A DNA stretch of 46,180 bases from an uncultured Syntrophaceae bacterium (GTDB lineage Bacteria > Desulfobacterota > Syntrophia > Syntrophales > UBA2192): contig CAYZKT010000002.1 in the NCBI GenBank assembly GCA_964478885.1, forward strand, positions 1 through 46,180. Direction: 5' to 3'. Positions 8,943-18,579 of the stretch are shown in pieces. Under the pieces are notes generated by a model, which saw only the letters and a program-made list of their open reading frames with translations, did not search any database and was not told where the DNA came from. Both the position numbers and the translations under genes were made by a program. Every line of letters begins with the position of its first letter. The stretch's first letter is position 1.

Positions 8943-10448
8943 ATGAAAGCAGCCAGGCGAAGCGGGATTCTCCTGCACGTGACGTCGTTGCCGACGCCCT
9001 TTGGCATCGGCGACCTCGGGCCCGGGGCCTACCGGTTTGCCGATTTCCTGCACCGGTCCGGACAGGCGATCTGGCAGATGCTCCCGCTGGCCCCGACAGA
9101 CCTGCTCATGGGCAGCTCGCCCTACAGCAGCTCGTCCGCCTTTGCCGGAAACCCCATGCTCGTGAGTCCCGAGAAGCTCGTCGAGGACGGGTTGCTGACG
9201 AAGCGTGATCTCTCCCGCCCGCCCCGGTTCCCCGAGGGTCGCGTCGACTACCGTCTTGCCGCCGCCTACAAGGAGCACCTGCTTTCGGAGGCGTGGCGGC
9301 GGTTCTCGGCCTGCTCGGGGCGCCTGCAGTACGATTACGAGGGTTTCTGCCGGTCCGAGAGGCACTGGCTCGACGAGTATGCCACGTTCAGGGCCCTGAA
9401 GACGCTCTTCGGGAAGACGCCCTGGAATCGCTGGCCGGAGGGTTTTCGCAGCCGCAGGCTGAAGATCCTGGCGCGGCACGTCCGGGAAATCGCCCCCCTG
9501 ATTGAGGAGGAGAAGTTCAGGCAGTTTGTCTTCTTCAGCCAGTGGGACGCCTTCCGCGCGTACTGCAGAGGCCGCGGCATACGGGTCATGGGGGACCTGC
9601 CCTGCTATGTCCAGCACGACAGCGCCGACGTGTGGGGGAACCCAGCCCTTTTCAAGCTGGATGCCGAAGGACGGCCCGCCTTCGTGGCCGGCGTCCCGCC
9701 GGATTACTTCAGCCGGACGGGGCAGCTGTGGGGCAACCCTGTCTACGACTGGGGCGCCCACCGGAGGAGCCGGTTTGCCTGGTGGGTTGCGCGGATCCGC
9801 CACAACCTGAAGCTCTTCGATCTCGTCCGGATCGATCACTGCCGGGGTCTCGTGTCGTACTGGGAGGTGCGCGCCGGCAGCCGGACCGCAGCGCGCGGGC
9901 AATGGGTGCCGGCGCCCACGTCGGAGCTGTTCCGGGCCGTCACGCGCGATGCGCCGCGAAACGCCCTGGTGGCCGAGGACCTGGGAACCATTCCCCCGGA
10001 CGTGCGCGACGCCCTCGACCGGCTCGGGCTGCCCGGGATGCGGGTCCTGCTCTTTGCCTTCGGCTCCGATGACGGGTCGGAGCATCACGCCCCACACCGC
10101 CACGTCGAGAAGGATTTCGTCTACACGGGCACCCACGACAACAACACCGCCCGCGGCTGGTTCGAGAGAGAGGCGCGCAAGGAGGAAAAAGAAAAGCTCT
10201 TTGCCTACCTGGGCCGCCGGGTTCCGGCGGGTCGTGTCCACGAGGCGATGATCCGCCTGGCGTTGATGTCCGTGGCGTCGACGGCGATCATCCCCATGCA
10301 GGACGTGCTGGGCCTGGGCGAGGAGGCCCGGATGAACAAGCCCGCGGGCAAGGGCGGCTGGTGGCGCTGGCGCTTGCTGCCCGGGCAGCCGGACCGGCGG
10401 CTTGAGCGGTGGCTGCTCGAGCTCACGGGAACCTACGGAAGGACATAA
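8943..10448 (+). CDS. malQ: 4-alpha-glucanotransferase (amylomaltase, GH77)
   Basis: 501 aa. RRSGILLHVTSLPTPFGIGDLGPGAYRFADFL, SPYSSSSAFAGNP, RIDHCRGL, VYTGTHDNNT. Confidence 0.93.
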   Translation: MKAARRSGILLHVTSLPTPFGIGDLGPGAYRFADFLHRSGQAIWQMLPLAPTDLLMGSSPYSSSSAFAGNPMLVSPEKLVEDGLLTKRDLSRPPRFPEGRVDYRLAAAYKEHLLSEAWRRFSACSGRLQYDYEGFCRSERHWLDEYATFRALKTLFGKTPWNRWPEGFRSRRLKILARHVREIAPLIEEEKFRQFVFFSQWDAFRAYCRGRGIRVMGDLPCYVQHDSADVWGNPALFKLDAEGRPAFVAGVPPDYFSRTGQLWGNPVYDWGAHRRSRFAWWVARIRHNLKLFDLVRIDHCRGLVSYWEVRAGSRTAARGQWVPAPTSELFRAVTRDAPRNALVAEDLGTIPPDVRDALDRLGLPGMRVLLFAFGSDDGSEHHAPHRHVEKDFVYTGTHDNNTARGWFEREARKEEKEKLFAYLGRRVPAGRVHEAMIRLALMSVASTAIIPMQDVLGLGEEARMNKPAGKGGWWRWRLLPGQPDRRLERWLLELTGTYGRT

Positions 10449-10483
10449 AACAGGGTTCAGGGGACAGGGATGAAGGAAGTGGA

Positions 10484-11617
10484 ATGTTTGGGAATCGCGT
10501 GACGCTGTTCAAACTGCTGGGCTTCGAGGTCAAGCTCGATTCGAGCTGGATCGTCCTGGCCGTTCTCATCACCTGGTCGCTTGCCAAGGGGATCTTCCCC
10601 GCCTACTATGAGGACATGCCGGCGGCGAATTACTGGGCCATGGGTGTGGCGGGCGCCGTGGGGCTCTTCCTGTCCATCATCTTCCACGAGCTGAGCCACT
10701 CTCTCGTGGCCCGGCGTTTCGGCATCCCCATGAGGGGGATCACCCTGTTCATCTTCGGGGGTGTGGCCGAGATGAGCGAGGAGCCGCCCAGCGCGAAGGC
10801 GGAGTTCCTGACGGCCATCATAGGCCCCATTTCCAGCCTGGTCATCGCGGCGGTATTCTACGGCCTCCTACAGGCCGGCGAGTCCGTCGGCTGGCCCGCG
10901 GCGATCAACGGCGTCCTATTCTACCTCGTCTGGGTGAATGTCGTTCTGGCCCTGTTCAACCTCCTGCCGGCCTTTCCCTTGGACGGGGGCCGGGTGTTCC
11001 GCTCCGCCCTGTGGCTCTGGAAAAAGGACCTGCGCTGGGCCACGATGATCTCCTCGCGGGTCGGTTCGGCCTTCGGGCTCGTGTTCATCGCGCTGGGGCT
11101 CTGGGAGATCATCGAAGGCAATTTCATCGGAGGGCTCTGGCAGGCGATGATCGGCATGTTCCTGCGCGGCGCCGCCCGGTCGTCGTACCAGCAGGTGCTG
11201 ACGCGTGCTGCCCTCTCGGGCCTCAAGGTAAGCCGCTTCATGACTCCCGACCCCGTCACCATCCCGCCGGATATCACGCTGCAGATCTTCGTGGAGGAGT
11301 ACCTCTACCGGACACACCACCAGATCTATCCCGTCGTGCGAGGCGGGGAACTGGTCGGCTGTCTCACCATCCGGTCGCTCAAGGACGTGCCCCGGGGCGA
11401 GTGGCCCCGGCGGACCGTGGGGGAGGTGGCCGCTGGCTGCAGCGAGGCGACCGTCATCGGGCCCGAAACGGAGGCCATGGCAGCACTCAGCCTGATGAAC
11501 GAGACGGGCAACAGCCGTCTCCTGGTCGTCGAGAATGGCCGCCTTGCGGGGATCGTCACGCTGAAGGACATGATGGAAGTGCTGGCCCTTCGGATGGAAA
11601 TGGAAACGCCGAGATAG
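10484..11617 (+). CDS. M50-family (site-2 protease type) zinc metalloprotease with a C-terminal CBS pair
   Basis: Start taken at ATG 10484 (MFGNRVTLFKLLGFEVKLDSSW), since the tracked start at 10409 overlaps malQ. HELSHSL zinc motif, LLPAFPLDGGRV, two CBS-like segments at the C-terminus. Confidence 0.85.
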   Translation: MFGNRVTLFKLLGFEVKLDSSWIVLAVLITWSLAKGIFPAYYEDMPAANYWAMGVAGAVGLFLSIIFHELSHSLVARRFGIPMRGITLFIFGGVAEMSEEPPSAKAEFLTAIIGPISSLVIAAVFYGLLQAGESVGWPAAINGVLFYLVWVNVVLALFNLLPAFPLDGGRVFRSALWLWKKDLRWATMISSRVGSAFGLVFIALGLWEIIEGNFIGGLWQAMIGMFLRGAARSSYQQVLTRAALSGLKVSRFMTPDPVTIPPDITLQIFVEEYLYRTHHQIYPVVRGGELVGCLTIRSLKDVPRGEWPRRTVGEVAAGCSEATVIGPETEAMAALSLMNETGNSRLLVVENGRLAGIVTLKDMMEVLALRMEMETPR

Positions 11618-11650
11618 CGTACTGTTGACAGGGGACATCCCTCACAAACA

Positions 11651-11760
11651 GGAAGTTACAAAATTGAGAAGTTATGAATCTTGTATGAGCGGAAAGCCGG
11701 CAAAAGCTGTATGCATTTCCGAGCTTATTAACTTCAGAGCGTCCTGACTTCCATCCGTTC
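11651..11760. repeat. GAAG-repeat palindromic element, homologous to the element at 30359-30460
   Basis: The reverse complement of 11742-11760 is gaacggatggaagtcagga, matching 30359-30377 gaacggatggaagttagga at 18 of 19 positions. Shared core g[ag]aagccggca. Confidence 0.6.
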
Positions 11761-11832
11761 AGGGTGCCCTGCACCCGGGCATTCTCGAACAGCCTGAACG
11801 AGTCTCTCATCGGTCACGAAAGGCCGTCGGGA

Positions 11833-12774
11833 TCACGGGCTGACGAAGGCCTTCCAGCCGGCAAGAATAGAGCCGGGGGCGAGATCAAAGGCTCCCGAAA
11901 GCTCGGCCACGGGTGTGAACCCGCAGTCGCTGCAGCGGACCTCGCCGCGGCTGCGGACGTAGCACCCCTGGGTGATCGACCCGTCGGGGTCCACATTGGC
12001 CAGCAGCCGGTCGCGGCACGTCCAACCGTTGGCGATCATCCTCTCGAGGGTGCGCCGGGAGTTGATGATCGGGTAGCCGCGCTCCTTGAGGCGGATTGCC
12101 AGGCCGATAGCAGCGCGCCTCTCGGAGGGGGCCAGCGCCAGGTCGTCCTCGCCCTGCCCGTAAGGGTAGAAGAGCTGCAGCGTCACGCCCCGCACTGCGG
12201 GTCTCTGCTTCAGCGCATCCAGCAGTCCCTCCAGGTCCCGCCAGTTTTCCCGGTTCAGCGTGCAGTGGACGAGCAGTTTCCCTTGGGGCGGCTTCCGGAG
12301 ATTCTCCCACACCCGGTCGAAGGAGCCGCTCCGCAGCCGGTTGTGCGTTTCCCTCGTTCCGTCGAGACTCACCCACAGGACGTCGACGGGCACGTCGAGG
12401 GGCAGGGTGCCGTTCGTCGTGGCCGCCGTGCAGAGAAAGCGATCGCGTGCGTAGCGAGCGAGATCGGCGAAGTTCCGCTCGCCGTCGCGCCAGAGCAGGG
12501 GCTCCCCCCCCTCGAAGACGACGATCCGGCACCCGGCACGATGCAGGGCGTCGAGGGCCGCCGTGGCGGACTCCCAGCGGATGGCGGCCCTGTCAGCGTC
12601 GTCCCGCCTATGGTACGGGCAGGGCGCGCATTTCAGGTTGCAGCGGTAGGTGAGCTTGAAGCTGGCCAGCAGCGGCAGGTCCCGGCCGAGGATCTTCCTG
12701 AGGACGTAAAAACCGGCCAGACCCCTGACCCTTTCCAGGGATGTGCGGATGGGGGTGATGGAATTGTCGCTCAT
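11833..12774 (-). CDS. radical SAM protein with a Cys-rich C-terminal (SPASM/twitch-like) region; substrate unknown
   Basis: 313 aa. CNLKCAPC (CX3CX2C) at the N-terminus, GGEPLL. C-terminal Cys residues in [17 protein letters not shown]. Confidence 0.8.
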   Translation of the reverse strand: MSDNSITPIRTSLERVRGLAGFYVLRKILGRDLPLLASFKLTYRCNLKCAPCPYHRRDDADRAAIRWESATAALDALHRAGCRIVVFEGGEPLLWRDGERNFADLARYARDRFLCTAATTNGTLPLDVPVDVLWVSLDGTRETHNRLRSGSFDRVWENLRKPPQGKLLVHCTLNRENWRDLEGLLDALKQRPAVRGVTLQLFYPYGQGEDDLALAPSERRAAIGLAIRLKERGYPIINSRRTLERMIANGWTCRDRLLANVDPDGSITQGCYVRSRGEVRCSDCGFTPVAELSGAFDLAPGSILAGWKAFVSP

Positions 12775-13030
12775 GGGCGTTCTGCTGTGGACACCGGCAA
12801 ACGTAGAGGGGTTGCATGGAGCTCGTCACGGGGACCGCGGGTCACCGCAGCCCGGGGCGACTATAACGAAACTTCGGGGAAGCTGCAAATCATTTCCACG
12901 CCACGCCCGGGAGGGCGGCGGTCGCAGGCGCGAAGGCCGGCCCTGTTCTTTCCCGCCCGATTTTGTTAGCATGGAAGAGACGTCGGCGGGTTGGACCGTC
13001 GCGCGGAACGTACCGAACAGGAGGAGCGCC

Positions 13031-13753
13031 ATGGAAGAACGGGTCATCGCAAGCGGCCTCACGAGGCGTGAGTTCATGAGGGCGTCCCTGGCGGGGTGCA
13101 CCCTGCTGGCCCTTTCCCCCGCCCTGATCCCCGCGGAGGCATCCGCTCAGGCGAAGGGGCCCTTCGAACTGCCACCGCTGCCCTACGCGCAGGACGCCCT
13201 GGCCCCGGTCATCTCGGCCGGGACGATCGGCTTCCACTACGGGAAGCATCACCGGGGCTACCTCGACAATCTCAACGGCCTCGTGAAGGGCACGCCCTAC
13301 GAGAAGATGAGCCTCAAGGATGCGATCCGGGCCTCCGCATCGAGCCCGGCGCAGGCGGCCGTGTTCAACAACGCGGCCCAGGTGTGGAACCACACGTTCT
13401 ACTGGAACGGCATGAAGCCGGGGGGAGGCGGAAAGCCGGCGGGCGAGATCGGCAGACGGATCGACCGGGATTTCGGGGGCTATGAGAACTTCCGGAAGGA
13501 ATTCCTCGCGGCGGCCCTGGGGCAGTTCGGAAGCGGCTGGGCGTGGCTCGTTGCGGACGGCAGGGCCCTGCGGGTCGTGAAAACCGCGAACGCCGAAAAC
13601 CCGATCACGCAGGGGCTGCGGCCGCTGCTGACGATCGACGTCTGGGAGCACGCGTACTATCTCGACTACCAGAACCGCAGGAAGGACTTCGTGGAAGCCT
13701 CCCTCGACAGGTTGGTGAACTGGGCATTCGCGGAGAAGAACCTGCCAAGATAG
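13031..13753 (+). CDS. sodB: Fe-type superoxide dismutase with a twin-arginine signal peptide
   Basis: Start at ATG 13031 with AGGAGG 8 nt upstream. [62 protein letters not shown]. Confidence 0.9.
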   Translation: MEERVIASGLTRREFMRASLAGCTLLALSPALIPAEASAQAKGPFELPPLPYAQDALAPVISAGTIGFHYGKHHRGYLDNLNGLVKGTPYEKMSLKDAIRASASSPAQAAVFNNAAQVWNHTFYWNGMKPGGGGKPAGEIGRRIDRDFGGYENFRKEFLAAALGQFGSGWAWLVADGRALRVVKTANAENPITQGLRPLLTIDVWEHAYYLDYQNRRKDFVEASLDRLVNWAFAEKNLPR

Positions 13754-13768
13754 CCGGAAGGCGCCTGC

Positions 13769-14713
13769 CTACTTTGCGTAGAGGGGCTGCTGCCCGCGTT
13801 CGGCCCGGTGGATGTTGTCGGCCACGATCCCGGCGATGCCCCCGATGGAAATGTCCGTCGAGCCGCCGATGTGGGGCGTCACGAAAACGTTGTGACGGAA
13901 GATCGGATCGGCCGGGTCGACCGGCTCCTCCCAGAACACGTCGAGGCCCGCGCCTGCAATCCTGCCCGTGGCGAGCGCGTTCTCGAGGGCGTTGCGATCG
14001 ACGAGACCGCCCCGCGACAGGTTGATGAGGAAGCTGCCCTTCTTCATGGCGGCAAACGTCCCGTCGTTGAACAGATTGCGGCTCTCCGCGGTGAGGGGGA
14101 GGCAAAGAACGACGAAGTCCGACATCCCGAGCAGGCGCTCGAGATCCCCGCGGCTTCCCACCCAGTCCAGGCCCATCTCCCCGGCGGACGCACCGGCGGC
14201 GTCGCGCTTGACCCCGATGATCTTCATGTCCAGTGGGCGAAGCCTCCGGATCAGGGCTTTCCCGATGCCGCCCAGTCCCACGATCCCCGCCGTTTTTCCC
14301 ATCAGGGTCGTTCCGCGCGGCTCGCCGATCTTTCGATTGGCAAAACTCTTCGCCATGCCGCGGACGTTGCGTGCCAGCCCGATCATCAGGTAGATCCCAA
14401 GTTCCGCCACCGAATCGGCGTTGCCGCAGGCGTCTGTCGGGACGTTGGCAACCTGGATGCCTCTTTTTTTCGCCGCCTCGATGTCGACCCCTTCCAGACC
14501 GGATCCGACCTGCTGGATCAGGCGCAGCCGGTCCGCCGTACCGAGGAGCGTCCCCGTGATGCGGGACATCGTCGGGATCACGACGTCATAACCCCGGAGG
14601 CTCTCGGGCGCATAATGGCCGAGGGCAACGAATTCCTGCTCCGGCAGCGCCGCCCGGAGCAGGCCCAGGACCCCGCCCCAGGCATTCTCGGGTGCGGCAA
14701 ACAGGATCTTCAT
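13769..14713 (-). CDS. D-isomer-specific 2-hydroxyacid dehydrogenase family protein
   Basis: Start at MKILFAAP (ATG 14711-14713), inside the longer tracked ORF. NAD motif GIVGLGGIGKALIRRL, catalytic-region pattern NLSRGGLVD...VTPHIGG. Confidence 0.85.
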   Translation of the reverse strand: MKILFAAPENAWGGVLGLLRAALPEQEFVALGHYAPESLRGYDVVIPTMSRITGTLLGTADRLRLIQQVGSGLEGVDIEAAKKRGIQVANVPTDACGNADSVAELGIYLMIGLARNVRGMAKSFANRKIGEPRGTTLMGKTAGIVGLGGIGKALIRRLRPLDMKIIGVKRDAAGASAGEMGLDWVGSRGDLERLLGMSDFVVLCLPLTAESRNLFNDGTFAAMKKGSFLINLSRGGLVDRNALENALATGRIAGAGLDVFWEEPVDPADPIFRHNVFVTPHIGGSTDISIGGIAGIVADNIHRAERGQQPLYAK

Positions 14714-14881
14714 CGCGCTCTCCCTCTCACGGGTGATAAAAACTGGTTTATCCTTTCCACAGCCGGGGTGGAATGTCCAGTGAAAACGGGATGGTGCTGC
14801 TGTATGAAATGTGTTACCGTCGGTCCGTGCCGCGGGCTGCGCGACCGGGGCGGGACAAGAAAACGGAAGGGCGGGCCGGTG

Positions 14882-15232
14882 ATGGGTCAACAGCAGAGGG
14901 AGGAACGTCCCTGGGGATATTTCAGCGTCCTGATGGAGGACGCGCAGCACAAGCTAAAGCGGATCGTCGTGTACCCCGGCAAGCGGCTGAGCCTGCAGCG
15001 GCACCGGCACCGGGACGAGCACTGGACGATCGTGTCCGGCGAGGCGCGGATGACCGTCGACGGAAGGGAGTTCACCCTGCTGAGAGGGCAGTCCGGCGAC
15101 ATACCCCGGGGTGCGTTCCACCGGGTCCTGAACGCGGGGAAGGCGGACCTGGTGATCGTGGAGATACAGACCGGGGACTCCTTCGATGAAAACGACATCG
15201 AGCGGGTCGAGGACGATTTCGGCCGCGCTTGA
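14882..15232 (+). CDS. cupin-domain protein resembling the C-terminal (type II mannose-6-phosphate isomerase) domain of ManC
   Basis: 116 aa from ATG 14882. RPWGYFSVL...KRIVVYPGKRLSLQRHRHRDEHWTIVSGEA...GDIPRGAFHRVLN. Confidence 0.75.
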   Translation: MGQQQREERPWGYFSVLMEDAQHKLKRIVVYPGKRLSLQRHRHRDEHWTIVSGEARMTVDGREFTLLRGQSGDIPRGAFHRVLNAGKADLVIVEIQTGDSFDENDIERVEDDFGRA

Positions 15233-15266
15233 GACGAGCCCCGTGGCGGAAGGGGCGGGAGGCTGA

Positions 15267-16337
15267 ATGTCCGCAGTCGAGAAGAATCTTGTGGCCGTCA
15301 TCATGGCCGGCGGAATGGGGACGCGGTTCTGGCCGCTTTCCACCCCCGCGAGGCCCAAGCAGTTCGTCACCCTGTTCGGCGAGCGAAGCCTCCTGCAGAT
15401 GAGTTTCGACCGGCTGCGGGGTCTCGTCCCTCCCGAGCGGGTCCTGGTCCTCACCAATGCCGCCCACGTCTCGCTGGTCCGCGAGCAGCTTCCGGAGCTG
15501 CCCGACGGCCACGTCGTCGGCGAGCCTATCCGTCGGGACACGGCGGCCGCCGTCGCGCTCGCGGCCGTCCTGGTGCGGGAGCGGTTCGGCGACAGCGTCA
15601 TCCTGACCCTCGCAGCCGATCACCTGATCGAACCGACGGATCTCTTCCAGCAGAACCTGCTGTCGGCGGCTCGACAGGTTTCAGCCGCCGATGTCTTCTA
15701 CACCTTCGGGATCCGGCCCACGTACCCGGCCACCGCCTACGGCTACCTCGAGACCGGCGAGGCCGTCGTGGACGACGGCGGCATAGAGCATTTCGAATTG
15801 AGGCAGTTCAAGGAGAAGCCCGACCTTGAGACTGCGAGGCGCTACGTGGACTCGGGGCGCTTCCTTTGGAACTCGGGCATGTTCGTCTGGAAGGCCGCGC
15901 CCATCCTGGAGGAGATCCGCACCTGGCTGCCCGGCCATTACGACGCCCTGCGGCCCCTGGGCGGCTACGACGGGACGCCCCGGTGGCAGGAAGCCCTCGA
16001 GAAGGCCTTCTCGGCCATCCATCCCATCTCCATCGACTACGGCGTGATGGAGAAGACGCGGACGCCGCTGCGGTGCGTGTCCTCCCGGTTCTCCTGGAGC
16101 GACGTGGGCGGCTGGCCGGCACTCGGTGAACTGCTTTCCAAAGATACCGGCGGAAACGTAATTCGGGGTTGCGTGAAGGCCCTCGACGCATCGGGCAACC
16201 TCGTGTTCTGCGAGCAGCCCGACGAGACGGTGGCCCTCATCGGTGTGGACGGTCTGATCGTGGTACGTTCGGGGAACCGGACCCTGGTGGCAAGAAAGGA
16301 TCAGGTGGACCGCCTGAAGGACCTCGGCGATGTCTAG
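15267..16337 (+). CDS. manC: mannose-1-phosphate guanylyltransferase (nucleotidyltransferase part only)
   Basis: 356 aa. VAVIMAGGMGTRFWPLSTPARPKQF, NSGMFVW, SIDYGVMEK. Confidence 0.85.
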   Translation: MSAVEKNLVAVIMAGGMGTRFWPLSTPARPKQFVTLFGERSLLQMSFDRLRGLVPPERVLVLTNAAHVSLVREQLPELPDGHVVGEPIRRDTAAAVALAAVLVRERFGDSVILTLAADHLIEPTDLFQQNLLSAARQVSAADVFYTFGIRPTYPATAYGYLETGEAVVDDGGIEHFELRQFKEKPDLETARRYVDSGRFLWNSGMFVWKAAPILEEIRTWLPGHYDALRPLGGYDGTPRWQEALEKAFSAIHPISIDYGVMEKTRTPLRCVSSRFSWSDVGGWPALGELLSKDTGGNVIRGCVKALDASGNLVFCEQPDETVALIGVDGLIVVRSGNRTLVARKDQVDRLKDLGDV

Positions 16338-17308
16338 CCGGTTGTTTCGAGTTGGCGAACTATCTCCAGGGAGAGGGCCCAGGCCGGCAGGGGTGGCCTT
16401 CCGTCCCGGTGCCCGGACACCGTGGCGGGAAACCCTTCTATCTCGCATCCGTCGTGAAATTCGTCGCGCTGCTTGACGAGCGTACCCGCCTTTACGACGC
16501 AGTTCGAACCGAGCCTGCTGTAGTCGCACACGATGGCGCCCGGCTCGACGATGCAACCGCTTCCGATGTGACAGCCGTGAATCATTGCACCCGGGCCGAT
16601 GACCACGTCGTCTTCGACGATGAGCCTGTTGTCCGGCAGGAGATGAAGGACGGTGTTCTCCAGGATCTGGACGCGCCGGCCGATCCGTACCGGCCCGTGG
16701 CTGTCCCCGATGATTTTGACGCCCGCCCCGATGATGCATTCTTCGCCAATGGTCACATCTCCCGTGATCTCCGCCGAATCAAACAGGTAAGCCGTGGGAT
16801 GAACCCGGGGATGCCTGTCCCTGTAGGCATAGAGTCTGCCCATAGTCCGTGTCCTCCGAAGCGGGTAATCGTATCGGTTCAGCTTGCCGGAGGGGATCGC
16901 GATGTCACCGGCCCGGAGCCGCAGAACCCGCCGTTTGTCTTCATCCGAGGTGCTGCGGATGATCTTCCCCGGGCGGCCGACCACCACGGAATCGTCGGGG
17001 ATCGCCACACCCGCCGGGATCAGGGTGCCCTCGCCGGTCATGCACCCTTTCCCCAGCCGTGCCCCCGGCATCAGAATCGTGCTGTTTCCCACTTCGCAGA
17101 GATCCCCGATCGTCGCTCCGATGACCAGGCATCGATGGCCGAAGACGACTTTCGAATGGACGGCAGCCGGGATTCCGGGGCTGCCGATCAGAACCCCGTT
17201 CTCGAGGAACAGGCTGCCGTGGCCAATACGGATGCATCCGTCCACGGACCGCAGGACGGCACCCTGTGCGATGACGGAACCGATCCCGAGATAGACGGTC
17301 CCCATCAC
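16334..17308 (-). CDS. fusion of two left-handed beta-helix (gamma-carbonic-anhydrase/PaaY-like hexapeptide) domains
   Basis: 324 aa. The second half starts MGRLYAYRDRHPRVHPTAYLFDSAEITGDVTIGEECIIGAGV and looks like a complete gamma-CA-like unit. The first half carries hexapeptide repeats, but the IHG-type His positions are replaced (VIG). Confidence 0.7.
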   Translation of the reverse strand: MMGTVYLGIGSVIAQGAVLRSVDGCIRIGHGSLFLENGVLIGSPGIPAAVHSKVVFGHRCLVIGATIGDLCEVGNSTILMPGARLGKGCMTGEGTLIPAGVAIPDDSVVVGRPGKIIRSTSDEDKRRVLRLRAGDIAIPSGKLNRYDYPLRRTRTMGRLYAYRDRHPRVHPTAYLFDSAEITGDVTIGEECIIGAGVKIIGDSHGPVRIGRRVQILENTVLHLLPDNRLIVEDDVVIGPGAMIHGCHIGSGCIVEPGAIVCDYSRLGSNCVVKAGTLVKQRDEFHDGCEIEGFPATVSGHRDGRPPLPAWALSLEIVRQLETTG

Positions 17309-17401
17309 AGCGGCGGATGCGCTGATGCCCGCCTTGCGTTCGTCCCCGTTGCGTGACGGGATATGCCCGGTGTCCTGATCGATGGGGCTTCACGCTCCAG
17401 A

Positions 17402-17644
17402 TTACTTTCGGAGATCGAAGTTCCCGGCGGCGACGTGCTGCTTCAACTCTTCGATGAGCATGTCGAGTTCCTTCTCACGCTGCGCCTTGAACTTCAACCA
17501 GATCTGCCGGCAGGATTCGCAGCCGGCACCTCCCGTGGCTGGACCTCGTTCTTCCAGGTCGGACAGATAGGTGTCGTACCGGTGAAGGCCCTTGGAGATG
17601 ATGGAGATGGTTTCAATCAGGTTGTAATCGAGATTCTTAAGCAT
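17402..17644 (-). CDS. hypothetical 80-aa protein with a single CxxC (CESC); likely co-transcribed with the LbH gene
   Basis: ORF only: MLKNLDYNLIETISIISKGLHRYDTYLSDLEE...CESCRQIW...LIEELKQH. I recognise no family. Confidence 0.45.
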   Translation of the reverse strand: MLKNLDYNLIETISIISKGLHRYDTYLSDLEERGPATGGAGCESCRQIWLKFKAQREKELDMLIEELKQHVAAGNFDLRK

Positions 17645-17878
17645 GACTCATTCCTCCTTTCGGAGCCGGTCGTTGAAACGGAGGGTACGGGATTGTTACC
17701 CCTCGTGGAGCGGTGACCGCGGGGATCGGGAGCTGGAAGGGGGAAACGTGCGGGAAAAAGGGCGACGGGCATGTCGAACAGGCTGTGCAGGGCAAGATGA
17801 GTAGGAAATCCCCTGTACAAATTTTATCCCTCAGGTAAGGGCGGGTCAAGGTTTTTTTGCCCAAAATGCCCGTTAGCA

Positions 17879-17907
17879 TTGATTTTCCGGGTCTTCTGCG
17901 CTATAGT
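17879..17907 (+). promoter_or_regulatory. sigma70-like promoter for hisHF
   Basis: TTGATT (17879-17884), 17-nt spacer, TATAGT (17902-17907), about 34 nt upstream of the hisH ATG. Confidence 0.45.
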
Positions 17908-17940
17908 CCGTCATCTTCATAACGCGAAAACGAGAAGGCC

Positions 17941-18579
17941 ATGATCGCCATCGTCGACTACCGGGCGGGTAACCTGACGAGCGTTGCCCGCGCCCTCCAG
18001 CATCTGGATGTCCCCTGCGTCGTCACGGACCGCGGCGGTGATCTGCGCCGTGCCGAGCGGGTCATTTTCCCCGGCGTCGGGGCCGCAGGCGAGGCGATGC
18101 GCAATCTCCGAGAAAAGGGGCTGGCGGTCTGCATCCGGGAAGTGTTCGACTCGGGCAAACCGCTGTTGGGCATCTGCCTGGGCACGCAGGTCATCTTCGA
18201 GTACAGCGAGGAGGACAACCGGACCGAGTGCCTGGGGATTATCCCCGGCGGTGTCAGGCGCTTTCCCGCCGGCATGCGGGAGGCCGGCGATCCCCTCAAG
18301 ATCCCCCACATGGGCTGGAACCGCGTCTCGTTCCGGGGCGGTCACCCCGTCTTTGCCGGGCTGCCGGAGAATGCCGAGTTCTACTTCGTGCACTCCTACT
18401 ACCCGGCCCCGTCGAACGGGGCGGACGTGGCGGGGGAGACGGAGTACGGCATCCGCTTCGCCTCCGCCGTTGCGCGGAAGAATCTCGTCGCGGTCCAGTT
18501 CCACCCCGAGAAGAGCGGGCGCTTCGGCCTCAAGATCCTCGAGAACTTCAGTCGCTGGGATGGCAGCCATGCTCAGTAA
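17941..18579 (+). CDS. hisH: imidazole glycerol phosphate synthase, glutamine amidotransferase subunit
   Basis: 212 aa. [26 protein letters not shown] (catalytic Cys), HMGWN, FHPEKS. Confidence 0.95.
   Translation: MIAIVDYRAGNLTSVARALQHLDVPCVVTDRGGDLRRAERVIFPGVGAAGEAMRNLREKGLAVCIREVFDSGKPLLGICLGTQVIFEYSEEDNRTECLGIIPGGVRRFPAGMREAGDPLKIPHMGWNRVSFRGGHPVFAGLPENAEFYFVHSYYPAPSNGADVAGETEYGIRFASAVARKNLVAVQFHPEKSGRFGLKILENFSRWDGSHAQ

Noticed and set aside
16334-16337. Convergent manC and LbH genes share the palindromic tetranucleotide CTAG as both stop codons.
   Set aside because: It is real but trivial, a coincidence of TAG stops on both strands with no functional implication I can support.
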